From a bacterium (GTDB lineage: Bacteria; Patescibacteriota; Saccharimonadia; Saccharimonadales; UBA4665): a stretch of DNA of 64,000 nt. Positions within the stretch are counted from its first letter, which is position 1. Each line of letters opens with the position of its first letter. Under the pieces are notes generated by a model. That model was not told the origin of the DNA. It was given only the letters and a program-made list of their open reading frames with translations, and did no database searches. The translations under genes and the position numbers were made by a program. The stretch covers positions 154,790 to 218,789 of the forward strand of contig JAJZJS010000001.1 of assembly GCA_021810025.1 (NCBI GenBank), in the 5' to 3' direction. Positions 1 through 9,789 of this stretch are shown piece after piece.

Positions 1-251
1 TTCTCTAGATTAAAATCAAGCATAGCGTTAGGACTTAAATTAAAACCAAAGAGAGTGTTAAACTTTGTGATTAGACTTTGAGCAGCTTTTAGGCTTAATT
101 GTTGCGAGATAATCGTTTTAACCAGAAATTCAAATTCATTAAGAGGTTTTTGTAACTTAGGTCTCGGGTATCCTAGAATTAGTTTGTTCATTGAAGAATC
201 TGTCCGAGAAAGATGACTCAGCGCATCTTCAATGAGCTGATTATCAAACAT
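1..251 (-). CDS. HhH-GPD base-excision DNA glycosylase (AlkA / 3-methyladenine glycosylase II-like), N-terminal part only; the gene continues beyond the window start
   Basis: Hand translation of the minus strand from ATG 251-249 gives MFDNQLIEDALSHLSRTDSSMNKLILGYPRPKLQKPLNEFEFLVKTIISQQLSLKAAQSLITKFNTLFGF... The block fe.Lv..IisQQlS.kAA matches the start of the HhH-GPD fold. The ORF is open to the window edge. Confidence 0.55.
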   Translation of the reverse strand, partial: MFDNQLIEDALSHLSRTDSSMNKLILGYPRPKLQKPLNEFEFLVKTIISQQLSLKAAQSLITKFNTLFGFNLSPNAMLDFNLE

Positions 252-299
252 TTTAATATTCTAAGCTATTTATTAGGAATTTAGTATTACAATATAATC

Positions 300-1130
300 A
301 TGGACAATCTAAATCAGAAGTTCAAAGTCCATTCATTTGAAGAAGGGGCCAACCGAAACTATCAAGAGCCTCCTCTGAAAGACTTTAGTTATACGAAAGT
401 TCCTCCTCCTAGGAAATCGGGCAATAATTATCGCCCATTAATAATAGCTATTATTGCCATAATTATAATCGGGATAGGGTCACTATGGTTAGGTTCATCT
501 TCTAAAGATAAAGCTCATGCTAGCCCCACAAAACCAGTAGCAGCCGTTAAAAAGCAGACTCAGAATTTATCGAGTGCGCCTTCTGGAAACTTAACTACTT
601 ATTCTTCTAATAATTTTAATCTTGGAGTAACGTATCCTAGCAACTGGGTGATTAGCGATACGCCAGCTACAATGAGTATAACTTCTCCCATAACGAAAAT
701 TGTAAATGAGTACAATAAGGTCGTCGAGGGAAAGATAATTATAAATGTTAATCCTCAAGGACAACTTCCAACTCAGTTTGGCTCTAGCCCTGCCACAGCA
801 GTATTAAATTCTCAGTTAATAAGCTACAGTGCCCCAACCCCTGCCCAAGATGCTCAAACTTATTTAAGTTTTGCCCAATATAGCTCCAGTAATATAATCG
901 GATCTTTGAATGGGATCTATGTAACAGGCAATTTTGGCTACCTTAAAGGCCAAAGTATTCCCCAAAGCGATATTCAAAGCGTAAGTCCACTTGTCAGCGT
1001 TAGCTTTGAGCAATGTAGTAACCTAAAGTGTTCAAGCTTGTCTAATTTAACGATTTCCGCCACAGATTGGTCGAGCAGCAGTTTTGCTAATCCGATAATC
1101 GCTATTATAAAATCTTTTCAATTTTCTTAA
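300..1130 (+). CDS. hypothetical membrane-anchored extracytoplasmic protein
   Basis: 276-aa ORF with one TM helix (LIIAIIAIIIIGIGSLWLG) followed by an S/T/N/Q-rich domain. No recognisable family. Confidence 0.6.
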   Translation: MDNLNQKFKVHSFEEGANRNYQEPPLKDFSYTKVPPPRKSGNNYRPLIIAIIAIIIIGIGSLWLGSSSKDKAHASPTKPVAAVKKQTQNLSSAPSGNLTTYSSNNFNLGVTYPSNWVISDTPATMSITSPITKIVNEYNKVVEGKIIINVNPQGQLPTQFGSSPATAVLNSQLISYSAPTPAQDAQTYLSFAQYSSSNIIGSLNGIYVTGNFGYLKGQSIPQSDIQSVSPLVSVSFEQCSNLKCSSLSNLTISATDWSSSSFANPIIAIIKSFQFS

Positions 1131-1312
1131 AAAAGCTCTTGTTTTTAATTCGCTTTGAGAGTAAAACAAACAATAGGCGATCAAATAAAAGATTAAAAAT
1201 AAATGCGTACCACCATAATAATCCACAAAATGCTCCACATTGTCTTGCTCCATATTTTTGTTCATTAAGCAAATAGTATAATTCTGTTTATTGCTTATGC
1301 TATGCTATTTCT

Positions 1313-3379
1313 ATGAGTTTTATGAAAAAGAAATCTCAGCCGACTGATCCTCAGCAAGAGCTTGAGAAAAAAGTTGATGAGATGATGTATCTCGACTCTA
1401 CTTCTTCAAACAAAGAAGAACATTCTGATTCATCAATTAAGACCCTAAAAATAGATGAAGATCAATTAAATTTGGAGCCTGAATCAGAAACTAAATCCGA
1501 TCCATTGCCATCCACAACAAATGAAGAACCCAAACCAATGTTAGCTAATGTAAGCGCTGATACTGATTCTGAACTTTCTAAGGAACCCAGTGCTGAAGTC
1601 ATAGAAGCCCCTGAACCAGACTTTAAAGTTAACGATTTACCACCTAAGGAGCTTAGCATTAGTCAGATCGAATCAATCACTAAAGATAATCTAGATGATA
1701 AATTAATCGACCAAGCTATTGACGATATCGTAGCCAAAGAAAGTGATACTGTTTTAGAAAGTGAAGATAACCTCAGTTTAGGTGAAGTTCAAGTAGCTCC
1801 ATCGAAAAACTTTTCTTTTATAAAGATATTGAAGAGTAAATGGACTTATTTAATAATACTAGTAATTATTGGAGTCGCGTTAGGCCTGCCTTCAACACGT
1901 TATACCTTACTGGGGTTATTTATTAAAAATAAGGCTCAGATAATGTTAACAGATAGCGTTTTAGGTAGTCCGATCAGTAATGCTACACTTAATATCGATC
2001 ATCAAAGCTTTCAATCGAATCAAGCTGGAGATTTTAGTTTTAAATTACCGCTGGGAATTTATAGTTATTCAATTAGCAAAGCCTATTACGAGACATATTA
2101 CTCAAAACTAACGCTCGGATATGGAGCGAATCAGTTTAATCTTAAGCTTGTTGCTAATGGTCGAACAGTAACCCTAAAAGTTATTAATAAAATAACCAAT
2201 ACTCCGATTAGTGATGCTCAAATTTCTTACCTTAAAGAGAATTCACTAACCACAAACAATGGATTAGGTTCGATTGTTTTACCATCTAAAATTGCGAGCT
2301 ATGCCCTAAATGTTTCAGCTAATGGATATAACTCACGGAGCATAAATGTTTCCTATCAAGTCAATAAGCCTGTTATAACGGTTGGGCTTATTCCGGCTGG
2401 AAAGATCTATTACCTTAATCAGAGCCAGTCACCAGTAACCCTACAGAGCGTTAATTTAGATGGATCAGACGTTCAAACCGTTTTACCAGCCTCAGTCACC
2501 AATCAAGACAGTATTACTAATCTTTATCCATCTCCCGATTGGAAGTATTTGGTATTATTGGTAACTAAGAATAATGAGAATGGTCTTTTCCTTTACAATA
2601 CTCTAAATAGTCAATTAATTGAGTTTGAATCTAATGTCTCAAACTTTGTTTCAATAGGCTGGATTAATGATCAATATATTTATAGTATAACTAATAGTTT
2701 ATCCAATAATTCTATAGCTGGTAACTTCCAATTAAAGAGTTACGATGCCCTAAATGCCAAGTTAAATATACTGGATCAGAGCCAAGTTAATGGAAGTGGT
2801 GGATCTTATGCCTTTCAAACTTTAACTAATTTTGTTATTGATTCTAACCAGATTTACTACTTAACTTATTGGAACCAAGTAGGTGGATATAATCTAAATA
2901 ACTTAAATAATACAATCCGAGTCGTTAGTCCAGATGGCTCTAACAAAAAAGATATATATACAACTCCTGCCAATAGTTCCACCCCTCAAAACTTAGTGTT
3001 AGCTCAGCCTGATTTGCTTGATGCACAAATTATGAGCAATTCAAACAATAGCTCAACTTATTTAGAAATTAGGGGCAATACAGTATCGGCAGATTCATCG
3101 TTAAACACGTCTATTTTTAATCAAAATACCAATTATTATTTAGCTCCAAACAATAATCAGATTGTTTTTAATAGTACCGCTAATAATCGTTTCGTTGTAA
3201 ATTATTTAAGTAATAATAATTCTTCTAAAATTCTCTCTAATATGGCTGGATACCAGGTAGTAGGATGGTACGATAATCAATATATACTTTTAAGTGAAGG
3301 CAATAATTTGTACATAGCTAGCATAGAAGGCACGAACAGTCCGTTGTTGGTGGCTTCCAACATCTCATTAAATCTTTAA
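1313..3379 (+). CDS. hypothetical large membrane-anchored surface protein (acidic disordered N-terminus, TM helix, carboxypeptidase-regulatory-like beta-sandwich repeats, propeller-like C-terminal region)
   Basis: 688-aa ORF with an E/D/S-rich N-terminal 170 aa and the TM helix WTYLIILVIIGVALGL. It has two repeats of the pattern ...SPISNATLNIDHQ...GDFSFKLPLGIYSYSISKAYY and ...TPISDAQISY...GSIVLPSKIASYALNVSANGYN. The N/S-rich C-terminal half contains repeated W/Y motifs. Confidence 0.65.
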   Translation: MSFMKKKSQPTDPQQELEKKVDEMMYLDSTSSNKEEHSDSSIKTLKIDEDQLNLEPESETKSDPLPSTTNEEPKPMLANVSADTDSELSKEPSAEVIEAPEPDFKVNDLPPKELSISQIESITKDNLDDKLIDQAIDDIVAKESDTVLESEDNLSLGEVQVAPSKNFSFIKILKSKWTYLIILVIIGVALGLPSTRYTLLGLFIKNKAQIMLTDSVLGSPISNATLNIDHQSFQSNQAGDFSFKLPLGIYSYSISKAYYETYYSKLTLGYGANQFNLKLVANGRTVTLKVINKITNTPISDAQISYLKENSLTTNNGLGSIVLPSKIASYALNVSANGYNSRSINVSYQVNKPVITVGLIPAGKIYYLNQSQSPVTLQSVNLDGSDVQTVLPASVTNQDSITNLYPSPDWKYLVLLVTKNNENGLFLYNTLNSQLIEFESNVSNFVSIGWINDQYIYSITNSLSNNSIAGNFQLKSYDALNAKLNILDQSQVNGSGGSYAFQTLTNFVIDSNQIYYLTYWNQVGGYNLNNLNNTIRVVSPDGSNKKDIYTTPANSSTPQNLVLAQPDLLDAQIMSNSNNSSTYLEIRGNTVSADSSLNTSIFNQNTNYYLAPNNNQIVFNSTANNRFVVNYLSNNNSSKILSNMAGYQVVGWYDNQYILLSEGNNLYIASIEGTNSPLLVASNISLNL

Positions 3380-3978
3380 TTAAAAAATTTATTCCAGCCC
3401 ATAAAGACTAGTTTTAGAACAAAACAAATCCAGGCGATAATAGCTGCAATCACTAACCATCCTGCCAAATCGGGAGACCAACTCGGAGATATAAAATCAA
3501 ACTCATAAAGGGAGGTTGGAATAGCACCGTTATTAAGACCGTGAGTTGAGATATATTGTTCGATACATGGAACGCGGTAACGGCCCGAAAAGCCAACAGG
3601 TATTTTAGATTGACAATAATATTCAGCGTCACTATAAATCTTAGAATTACTGTTAGCACTAGAATTGTTTTGAGCTTGGACCAATCGTTGATAAGTATAC
3701 TTGAGTTGAATGGGTGGATAGACAGAAGTATTTCCAGAAGTTAATGATGTGTTCATATGAGACGTAACATAGGATTGCAGGTTATTTAAGGCTCCCTGAA
3801 CATTTTGTCCGCTCTTGTCAGCCTGGTAAACAGCATTACGTAGTCTAACCATCTCTTCATTATTAGCCCTTAGGGCAAAAACGGTCAGAATGGTCAAAAC
3901 AAGGGCTAGAATTAAAAAGAAACGAGCTTTTAACCGTCGGATAATTTTGATTTTGCCCACAACTTTATTTACCATCAT
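3376..3978 (-). CDS. hypothetical membrane protein (N- and C-terminal TM helices)
   Basis: 200-aa ORF with TM helices FFLILALVLTILTVFAL and WLVIAAIIAWICFVLKLVF. It overlaps the convergent neighbour by 4 nt. No family recognised. Confidence 0.55.
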   Translation of the reverse strand: MMVNKVVGKIKIIRRLKARFFLILALVLTILTVFALRANNEEMVRLRNAVYQADKSGQNVQGALNNLQSYVTSHMNTSLTSGNTSVYPPIQLKYTYQRLVQAQNNSSANSNSKIYSDAEYYCQSKIPVGFSGRYRVPCIEQYISTHGLNNGAIPTSLYEFDFISPSWSPDLAGWLVIAAIIAWICFVLKLVFMGWNKFFN

Positions 3979-4012
3979 CTTTTATTATAACCTTATCTTT
4001 AAATATCGATAA

Positions 4013-5344
4013 GTGCTTGCTCTAATTAGAAACAACTGGGATACTTTTAATATGCATATTCATTTTCTGGCAATTGGAGGAGCGGGTATTAGCCCGTTAG
4101 CTCTAATGGCAAAACAAGCTGGGTTTTCGGTAAGCGGTTCCGATAAACAGGACTCAGAGAACATTCAATATCTTCGCCAAAAAGGCATTACAGATATTGA
4201 TCTTGGGGATCAACAAGATTTTTTTAATGAAATGCATCAAAAACTACCTATTGATTGGTTAGTTTATAGTTCAGCTGTTAGTTTCGAGGACCCCGGCAAT
4301 GAGGTTATAGCACAAGCTCAAAAACTTAATATCAAAACTTCCAAAAGAGACCAATTTATTAATTATCTACTCGAAGAATTGAATTTAAAAATGGTAGCTA
4401 TCGCTGGGACTCATGGTAAAACAACGACTACGGCCATAATAGTGTGGGTTTTAAAGAGTTTAGGTCTAGACATTAGCTACTTATTGGCGGCAAAAGTTGA
4501 CTTTGCTCCGATGGCTGAATATAACCCAAGCTCCACTCATCTTGTTTATGAGGCCGACGAATTTGATCACAACTTTCTGTCGTTTTATCCAGACTATAGC
4601 CTTATTTCAGGAATAGGTTATGATCATCATGAGATTTATCCGACCTTTGAAAGCTATAAAGAAGCCTTTAAAACATTTATCACACAAAGTAAAAATGTTT
4701 TCATTTGGGAAGAAGACTATAACTTGCTTAGTTTAAATTCTAAACTTAGAATATTAGACCAAACTAATTCCGATATCGACAAAATTAAGCTAATCGGAAA
4801 ATATAATCGAAGAGACGCCTATTTAGTTATTAATGCTGTTCATCAACTATACCCAAACTATAGTTTAGCTAAATTAAATCAAGTTGTTTCACTGTTTCCA
4901 GGTTTACATCGGAGGATGGAACAAATCATCCCTAATTTATATAGTGATTATGCCCATACTCCCGAAAAAATACGGGCTGCCTTAAATGTCGCCTCTGAAA
5001 TGGTGCAATCAACTGGCCAGAAAATAGTAGTTGTTTATGAGCCATTAACCAATCGCCGTCAAAAATATATTAAAGAAGCTTACCGTAGTTGTTTTAAGGA
5101 AGCGTCCAAAATATATTGGATTGATAGCTATTTAGCCCGAGAAGACCCTAATGAAACTATTCTGGAACCGAAAGAACTAATAACTTATTTACCCCATCCC
5201 GAACTGGCTCAGCCTGCTCACATGGATCAAGCATTGGTGGACACAATCAAACAAGATCTTAAGGATGGACAAATGGTTCTAGTCTTAAGTGGTGGTGGTG
5301 GCAACAGTCTGGATAGTTTTATTAGGAATAAATTTAATCCCTAA
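4013..5344 (+). CDS. Mur ligase family protein (MurC / Mpl-like UDP-N-acetylmuramate ligase)
   Basis: N-terminal Rossmann motif HFLAIGGAGISPLALMAKQAGFSVSGSD, ATP-binding motif IAGTHGKTTTTAII, EADEFDHNFL, and FPGLHRRME near the C-terminal domain. The track start at 4013 is GTG; ATG at 4052 (MHIHFLAIGG) is an equally plausible start. Confidence 0.75.
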   Translation: MLALIRNNWDTFNMHIHFLAIGGAGISPLALMAKQAGFSVSGSDKQDSENIQYLRQKGITDIDLGDQQDFFNEMHQKLPIDWLVYSSAVSFEDPGNEVIAQAQKLNIKTSKRDQFINYLLEELNLKMVAIAGTHGKTTTTAIIVWVLKSLGLDISYLLAAKVDFAPMAEYNPSSTHLVYEADEFDHNFLSFYPDYSLISGIGYDHHEIYPTFESYKEAFKTFITQSKNVFIWEEDYNLLSLNSKLRILDQTNSDIDKIKLIGKYNRRDAYLVINAVHQLYPNYSLAKLNQVVSLFPGLHRRMEQIIPNLYSDYAHTPEKIRAALNVASEMVQSTGQKIVVVYEPLTNRRQKYIKEAYRSCFKEASKIYWIDSYLAREDPNETILEPKELITYLPHPELAQPAHMDQALVDTIKQDLKDGQMVLVLSGGGGNSLDSFIRNKFNP

Positions 5345-5891
5345 ACCGATAGTCTCCTTGACGAACTATTTCAACAGCATCATCGATAACCCTAATAATG
5401 GTCGAGGGTTTATTTTGAAGCTTTCCTCCATCAACATAAAAGTCTACTTCTGATTTAAAAACAGCTTGAGCTTCTTTAATTGTTAACGCTGGGCTCTCGC
5501 CAGGTCGATTAGCGCTACTAGTTAGAAGAGGCCCTGTAATCTTTAGAAGATCAAGCAGATTTTTGTTGGCGGGTATTCTAATTGCTAGACTTTTTCGGCC
5601 TAGATCCAAATAACTTAGACCAGGAGATGTTGGCACAATGACACTAAGTGGTGCTGGCCAATAAATCTTGAAAGGATTTAGGTATTTTGGTTTAAACCCT
5701 AATTCAACTAACTGATTAATGTCACCCGCAATTAGGGTTCCAGGTTTACTGTCTCTTTCTTTAAGCTCGTAAAGTCGTTTTACGCTTTTTGGATCACTTG
5801 CTCTGGCCACTAATCCATATACCGTGTCGGTTGGAATAACTCCAAGAGCACCTTTTGTACAAATTTTTTGGGCTATGACTGAACTCTTCAT
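5334..5891 (-). CDS. tsaC: L-threonylcarbamoyladenylate synthase (TsaC/YrdC/Sua5 family)
   Basis: 185 aa with YrdC-domain motifs GVIPTDTVYGLVARA, SKPGTLI, LLTSSANRPGESPA and STIIRV. Confidence 0.8.
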   Translation of the reverse strand: MKSSVIAQKICTKGALGVIPTDTVYGLVARASDPKSVKRLYELKERDSKPGTLIAGDINQLVELGFKPKYLNPFKIYWPAPLSVIVPTSPGLSYLDLGRKSLAIRIPANKNLLDLLKITGPLLTSSANRPGESPALTIKEAQAVFKSEVDFYVDGGKLQNKPSTIIRVIDDAVEIVRQGDYRFRD

Positions 5892-5897
5892 CTGTCG

Positions 5898-6119
5898 CTA
5901 TTTTTTTAAGTAAGCCAATAGAACCAGTTCACTTATAACAATTACTACTCCAATTATGATAGCAATTGTAACAGCATTGGACTGTTTTTTAGGCTTATAT
6001 TCTAAAGGGGGCTTTATATTTGAAGTCTGAGCTTGGGCCTTAAGCTCTAAATCCGATGGCTGTCTTAGATTCGGATTTTGGTATATGTCTTGAATAACTT
6101 TAGGTCTTAATTGATCCAT
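5898..6119 (-). CDS. hypothetical small C-terminally TM-anchored protein
   Basis: 73-aa ORF with the C-terminal TM helix VTIAIIIGVVIVISELVLLAYL. It is co-oriented with and 6 nt upstream of tsaC. Confidence 0.45.
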   Translation of the reverse strand: MDQLRPKVIQDIYQNPNLRQPSDLELKAQAQTSNIKPPLEYKPKKQSNAVTIAIIIGVVIVISELVLLAYLKK

Positions 6120-6161
6120 CTAAGCAAAAGATTAAGGCTTACACCCTAAAATAATTGGGGA

Positions 6162-6812
6162 CTAAGGTTTAACGGCAGGTGTTGAGCTAGAAGTCTTGTT
6201 GGTAGCGTTTTGAGGAGTGTTGCTGCCACTTGTTCCAGCTGTAGTTTGATCGGAACATTTTTGACCATTTGGATTTTGTTTCCAGAAAGCTGCAACCGCT
6301 TTAGAGACCTGACCATTTGGAGACAAATTTTCCCAGAACGTTACTTCTCTGGTGTTAATTATCATCTGGTCCAAAGGAGCATGTAATTCACATCCTAGCT
6401 TCACTAGTGTGACATTTGATGCTGAATTTGATGTGCTACTCGTGCTACTGCTTGTATTAGATTGAAGATAAAAAATATTAACCAGGTTAAAGTATGAACT
6501 GTTGATATCTTTGATATTTCCAAAATAGACCTGACCAGTATTTAGGAAAACGGCCTGTAGATCATTAGTATTGATGTATTTGCTTTGAGAGTCGCTTTTG
6601 TTGCCATAGATTAAAAAGACCAATAATCCAATTAAGACAATGCTAACAGCAACAAATAATACTGCTTGGCTGGCTCGAAAGAAACGATCCTTCATATTAC
6701 TATTTTTACCCTCACTACCTAAGTGTGGCTTAGGGCTATAATCAACGCCATTAACACCATTAACTCGAGATACGTTATTACTTTGCTGCGAACCACGATT
6801 GTTTATGTCCAT
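6162..6812 (-). CDS. hypothetical membrane-anchored protein
   Basis: 216-aa ORF with the TM helix VLFVAVSIVLIGLLVFLIY followed by an extracytoplasmic domain containing an S/T tract. Confidence 0.6.
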   Translation of the reverse strand: MDINNRGSQQSNNVSRVNGVNGVDYSPKPHLGSEGKNSNMKDRFFRASQAVLFVAVSIVLIGLLVFLIYGNKSDSQSKYINTNDLQAVFLNTGQVYFGNIKDINSSYFNLVNIFYLQSNTSSSTSSTSNSASNVTLVKLGCELHAPLDQMIINTREVTFWENLSPNGQVSKAVAAFWKQNPNGQKCSDQTTAGTSGSNTPQNATNKTSSSTPAVKP

Positions 6813-7032
6813 TTTACTCCACCTATACTTTATTTATACTGTTAAAGTTTATTATAGCGCATTTTTAAAAGCAAGCGAATCTTTATTTAAATTAAATGCT
6901 TAAAGCAATAAGGGTGCTTTAATCTGTTAATAGGCTAAGAGTAACCTAGATTACAACGAAAAAGAGTTGACAACTAAAATATTTAAAGAGTATCTTAAGG
7001 GGTACATTACTAAATAAGAGAGGGAGATAAGC

Positions 7033-7227
7033 ATGGCTTACAAGCACACAAACTCAAAGGGTGTAACATATTACTTAAATTCAAAGGACGTTACCCTACG
7101 TGGCGGAAAACAACAGACAATTTATTACTTTTCAAAGGATCAACGTCCTGAAGGTTGCGACCTTCCAGCTGGGCGAGAAGTAAATGAAAATCCTAGAAAC
7201 GGTTTCTTGACCGTTAAAAAGAAATAA
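7033..7227 (+). CDS. hypothetical small basic protein
   Basis: 64-aa ORF preceded by the strong SD GAGAGGGAG and followed by a canonical intrinsic terminator. Confidence 0.6.
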   Translation: MAYKHTNSKGVTYYLNSKDVTLRGGKQQTIYYFSKDQRPEGCDLPAGREVNENPRNGFLTVKKK

Positions 7228-7245
7228 TTTAATAGTTATTTTATT

Positions 7246-7282
7246 GAACCTCCATTATTTATAAAGGGGGTTCTTTTTTTTT
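7246..7282 (+). terminator. rho-independent terminator
   Basis: Stem GAACCTCC / GGGGGTTC (8 bp including one G.U) with a 12-nt loop, followed by a T9 run at 7274-7282. Confidence 0.75.
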
Positions 7283-7298
7283 CTTAAAATTATATATA

Positions 7299-8066
7299 AT
7301 GAACTCAATGTCAAAAACTATTCTAAAGGTTAATAACCTTCAAAAATATTACGATAATAAGGCGGTTGTTGACGGCATTAGTTTTGAGGTTGCAAAAGGA
7401 GAGATATTTGGGATTTTAGGACCAAATGGAGCAGGCAAAACCACAACCCTAGAAATGATTGAGACAATGCGTGAAATTGACGGCGGAACTATTATGATCG
7501 ACGGGATTAATGTTAAAAATAATCCCCTTGGCGTTAAAAAGATTATTGGAGTTCAGCCCCAGACCCCATCCTTTCAGGACAAACAAAAACTTTCTGAGAT
7601 TATACAAATGTTTGCCGCTGCATATGGAGAGAAAGTGAATCCTAAAAAATTTTTAGAAGAGGTGTCGTTGGGTGAAAAAATAAACTCTTATGCCGAAAAC
7701 TTAAGTGGTGGCCAAAAACAGCGTCTTAGTATTGCCGTAGCGTTAGTCCATAATCCTAAGGTATTTTTCTTGGATGAGCCTACAACTGGGCTTGATCCTC
7801 AGGCTCGACGTAATTTATGGGATTTAATTAAGATGGTTCGAGATCGGGGTGTAACAATTTTAATGACAACTCATTATCTTGATGAAGCTGAACTGCTCTG
7901 TGATCGAGTCGCTATTATGGATAACGGCAAGATCATTGCTCTGGATAGTCCCAAAAATCTAATTCAACAACTTTTAAAAAGAGGTTTTAAGAAGAAGCAA
8001 CATATTGAACAGGCTAGTCTTGACGATGTTTTTATTGATTTAACTGGGAAGGCTTTGCGGGACTAA
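7299..8066 (+). CDS. ABC transporter ATP-binding protein (ABC-2 / DrrA-like exporter type)
   Basis: Walker A GPNGAGKTT, signature LSGGQKQRL, Walker B VFFLDEPTTGLD and H-loop TTHY. Confidence 0.9.
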   Translation: MNSMSKTILKVNNLQKYYDNKAVVDGISFEVAKGEIFGILGPNGAGKTTTLEMIETMREIDGGTIMIDGINVKNNPLGVKKIIGVQPQTPSFQDKQKLSEIIQMFAAAYGEKVNPKKFLEEVSLGEKINSYAENLSGGQKQRLSIAVALVHNPKVFFLDEPTTGLDPQARRNLWDLIKMVRDRGVTILMTTHYLDEAELLCDRVAIMDNGKIIALDSPKNLIQQLLKRGFKKKQHIEQASLDDVFIDLTGKALRD

Positions 8067-8067
8067 A

Positions 8068-9189
8068 GTGTATAAAGATCTCAAAATAAAATTATTTACG
8101 GTTTATGTTTTTACTAAAATTGGAACTAAGAGATTTTTTAGGGATCGACTCGCTATCTTTTTTGGAGTGTTATTTCCCCTGATATTTTTATTTGTTTTCG
8201 GTGAGATAGCCAATGGAAATAGCCACGTATCATTTAAAGTTGCAATTATTAATCAATCCAACAGCTCTTTCTCCAAACAATTTGTAACAGAACTTAAATC
8301 CCAAAAAATATATAGCATCAATAGCTCTATCAAGACTATTGAGGCTGCTCAAGCCGAAATGAATAAGGCCCAAATTGATAGCACGATTTTACTTCCTAGA
8401 AATTTTGGTCAAGTAAATCCAATTAGTAAAATTCCAGAGGGTCAGGTCAAGGTCCTTTATACTGAGAATAATCAAACAGCTGGTCAAACCATCAGCACAA
8501 TCCTAGATGCTAACCTAAAAAGTCTAAACGCTAAATATGTAAATATTAAAACCCCATTCACAGTTATGACTAAACAGCTGAACTACAGCAGTTTGACGCC
8601 CTTTGATTATACTTTTTCGGGTTTACTAGGTTTTTCGATTATCGGGATAGGTATATTTGGTCCGATTAATGTTTTTCCAGAACTTAAAAAACAGGGAATA
8701 CTAAGACGACTTCATACCACTCCTCTTAAAGTATGGCAGTACTTCATGGCAATGATGTTTAGCCAAGCTATTATTGGAATATTTTCAATTGCCGTTCAAT
8801 TTGCGGTTGCTTTAACGGTTTTCCACCTCAAGATAGATGGAGATTTTTTAAGTATTTTAACCTATACCATACTCAGTATTTTTATGATTCTAGGAATAGG
8901 ATTAGCTATTGGGGGATGGGCCAAAAATGAACGGCAGGCTGCCCCGTTGAGTAACATTGTGGTATTCCCTATGTTATTTCTTTCGGGAACCTTTTTCCCG
9001 CGGTTTGATATGCCGGTTTGGCTTCAATCCGTTACGACATATTTACCACTTACTCCCGTAATAGATGGTTTAAGACTCTTAACAACTAGTGGAAAGACGC
9101 TCTTTCAAATAGGTCCTCAGCTTGGATTAGTTCTTGCTTGGTTAGTTATTGTATACTTTATAGCCTTCAGGGTTTTTAAGTGGGAGTAG
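8068..9189 (+). CDS. ABC-2 type transporter permease
   Basis: 373 aa starting 1 nt after the ATPase gene (GTG start). It has an N-terminal TM helix, a large extracytoplasmic loop and a C-terminal cluster of five TM helices, as typical for the ABC2_membrane family. Confidence 0.8.
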   Translation: MYKDLKIKLFTVYVFTKIGTKRFFRDRLAIFFGVLFPLIFLFVFGEIANGNSHVSFKVAIINQSNSSFSKQFVTELKSQKIYSINSSIKTIEAAQAEMNKAQIDSTILLPRNFGQVNPISKIPEGQVKVLYTENNQTAGQTISTILDANLKSLNAKYVNIKTPFTVMTKQLNYSSLTPFDYTFSGLLGFSIIGIGIFGPINVFPELKKQGILRRLHTTPLKVWQYFMAMMFSQAIIGIFSIAVQFAVALTVFHLKIDGDFLSILTYTILSIFMILGIGLAIGGWAKNERQAAPLSNIVVFPMLFLSGTFFPRFDMPVWLQSVTTYLPLTPVIDGLRLLTTSGKTLFQIGPQLGLVLAWLVIVYFIAFRVFKWE

Positions 9190-9223
9190 ACAGAAACTAT
9201 ACTTTATATTATAATATAAATAT

Positions 9224-9517
9224 ATGTCAGAAAGATTATCAATCACAACATTATACGAAATCATGGGAGATAATTTAAGTAATCTCGGTCATGTTAATCC
9301 TAGTGTTATTAAGGATATGGGCTATACTCTACCATACGAGTTACCAGCCTTGTGGGAAAATACAAGTAGCTTCCACCAGGTAGAAGTTGATAAGAGTGAT
9401 TTACCCCCAGCGGTTACTGCTGCCCTGGGAGACCAAAGGCTATCTAAACTCACTAAAGTTGCTATTTTAAAAGAAATTCTACGGGAGAATGATAGTGGCT
9501 CTGACCATACCACCTAA
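9224..9517 (+). CDS. hypothetical protein (weak call)
   Basis: 97-aa ORF with no recognisable motif. It is followed by about 270 nt without a convincing gene. Confidence 0.35.
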   Translation: MSERLSITTLYEIMGDNLSNLGHVNPSVIKDMGYTLPYELPALWENTSSFHQVEVDKSDLPPAVTAALGDQRLSKLTKVAILKEILRENDSGSDHTT

Positions 9518-9789
9518 AACTTATCCTATTCAAAACGCGAACCCCTCTACAGTCAAATCTAGATTAGCCTACATAGAACTTGATCCGAAAAGAAGATATC
9601 TCTCCCTAGCACTATTTGGAGAATCGACTTTAGGAAGAGTATATTTAATCCAAACCCTAAGCTTAGTGAGCTTCGTAGGCAAGATTTTGAATACCGTAAA
9701 TTATCTTAAGCTATTTCTAGCGAGATATATTCCTAGCACTCTTTTACAGAGTTTTTATGTCGAATTGACAGGTTGTTATTTAAATAAGC

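Noticed and set aside
1047-1265. A 72-aa minus-strand ORF between the first two surface-protein genes.
   Set aside because: It would overlap the 3' end of the convergent 300-1130 gene by 84 nt. It has no SD and no recognisable motif. It is possibly a tiny membrane protein, but I cannot support it.
9733-9741. CTAGCACTC, identical to the CIRCE left arm, upstream of dus.
   Set aside because: The sequence 9 nt downstream is GTTTTTATG rather than a GAGTGC right arm, so this is a half-site only and most likely chance.
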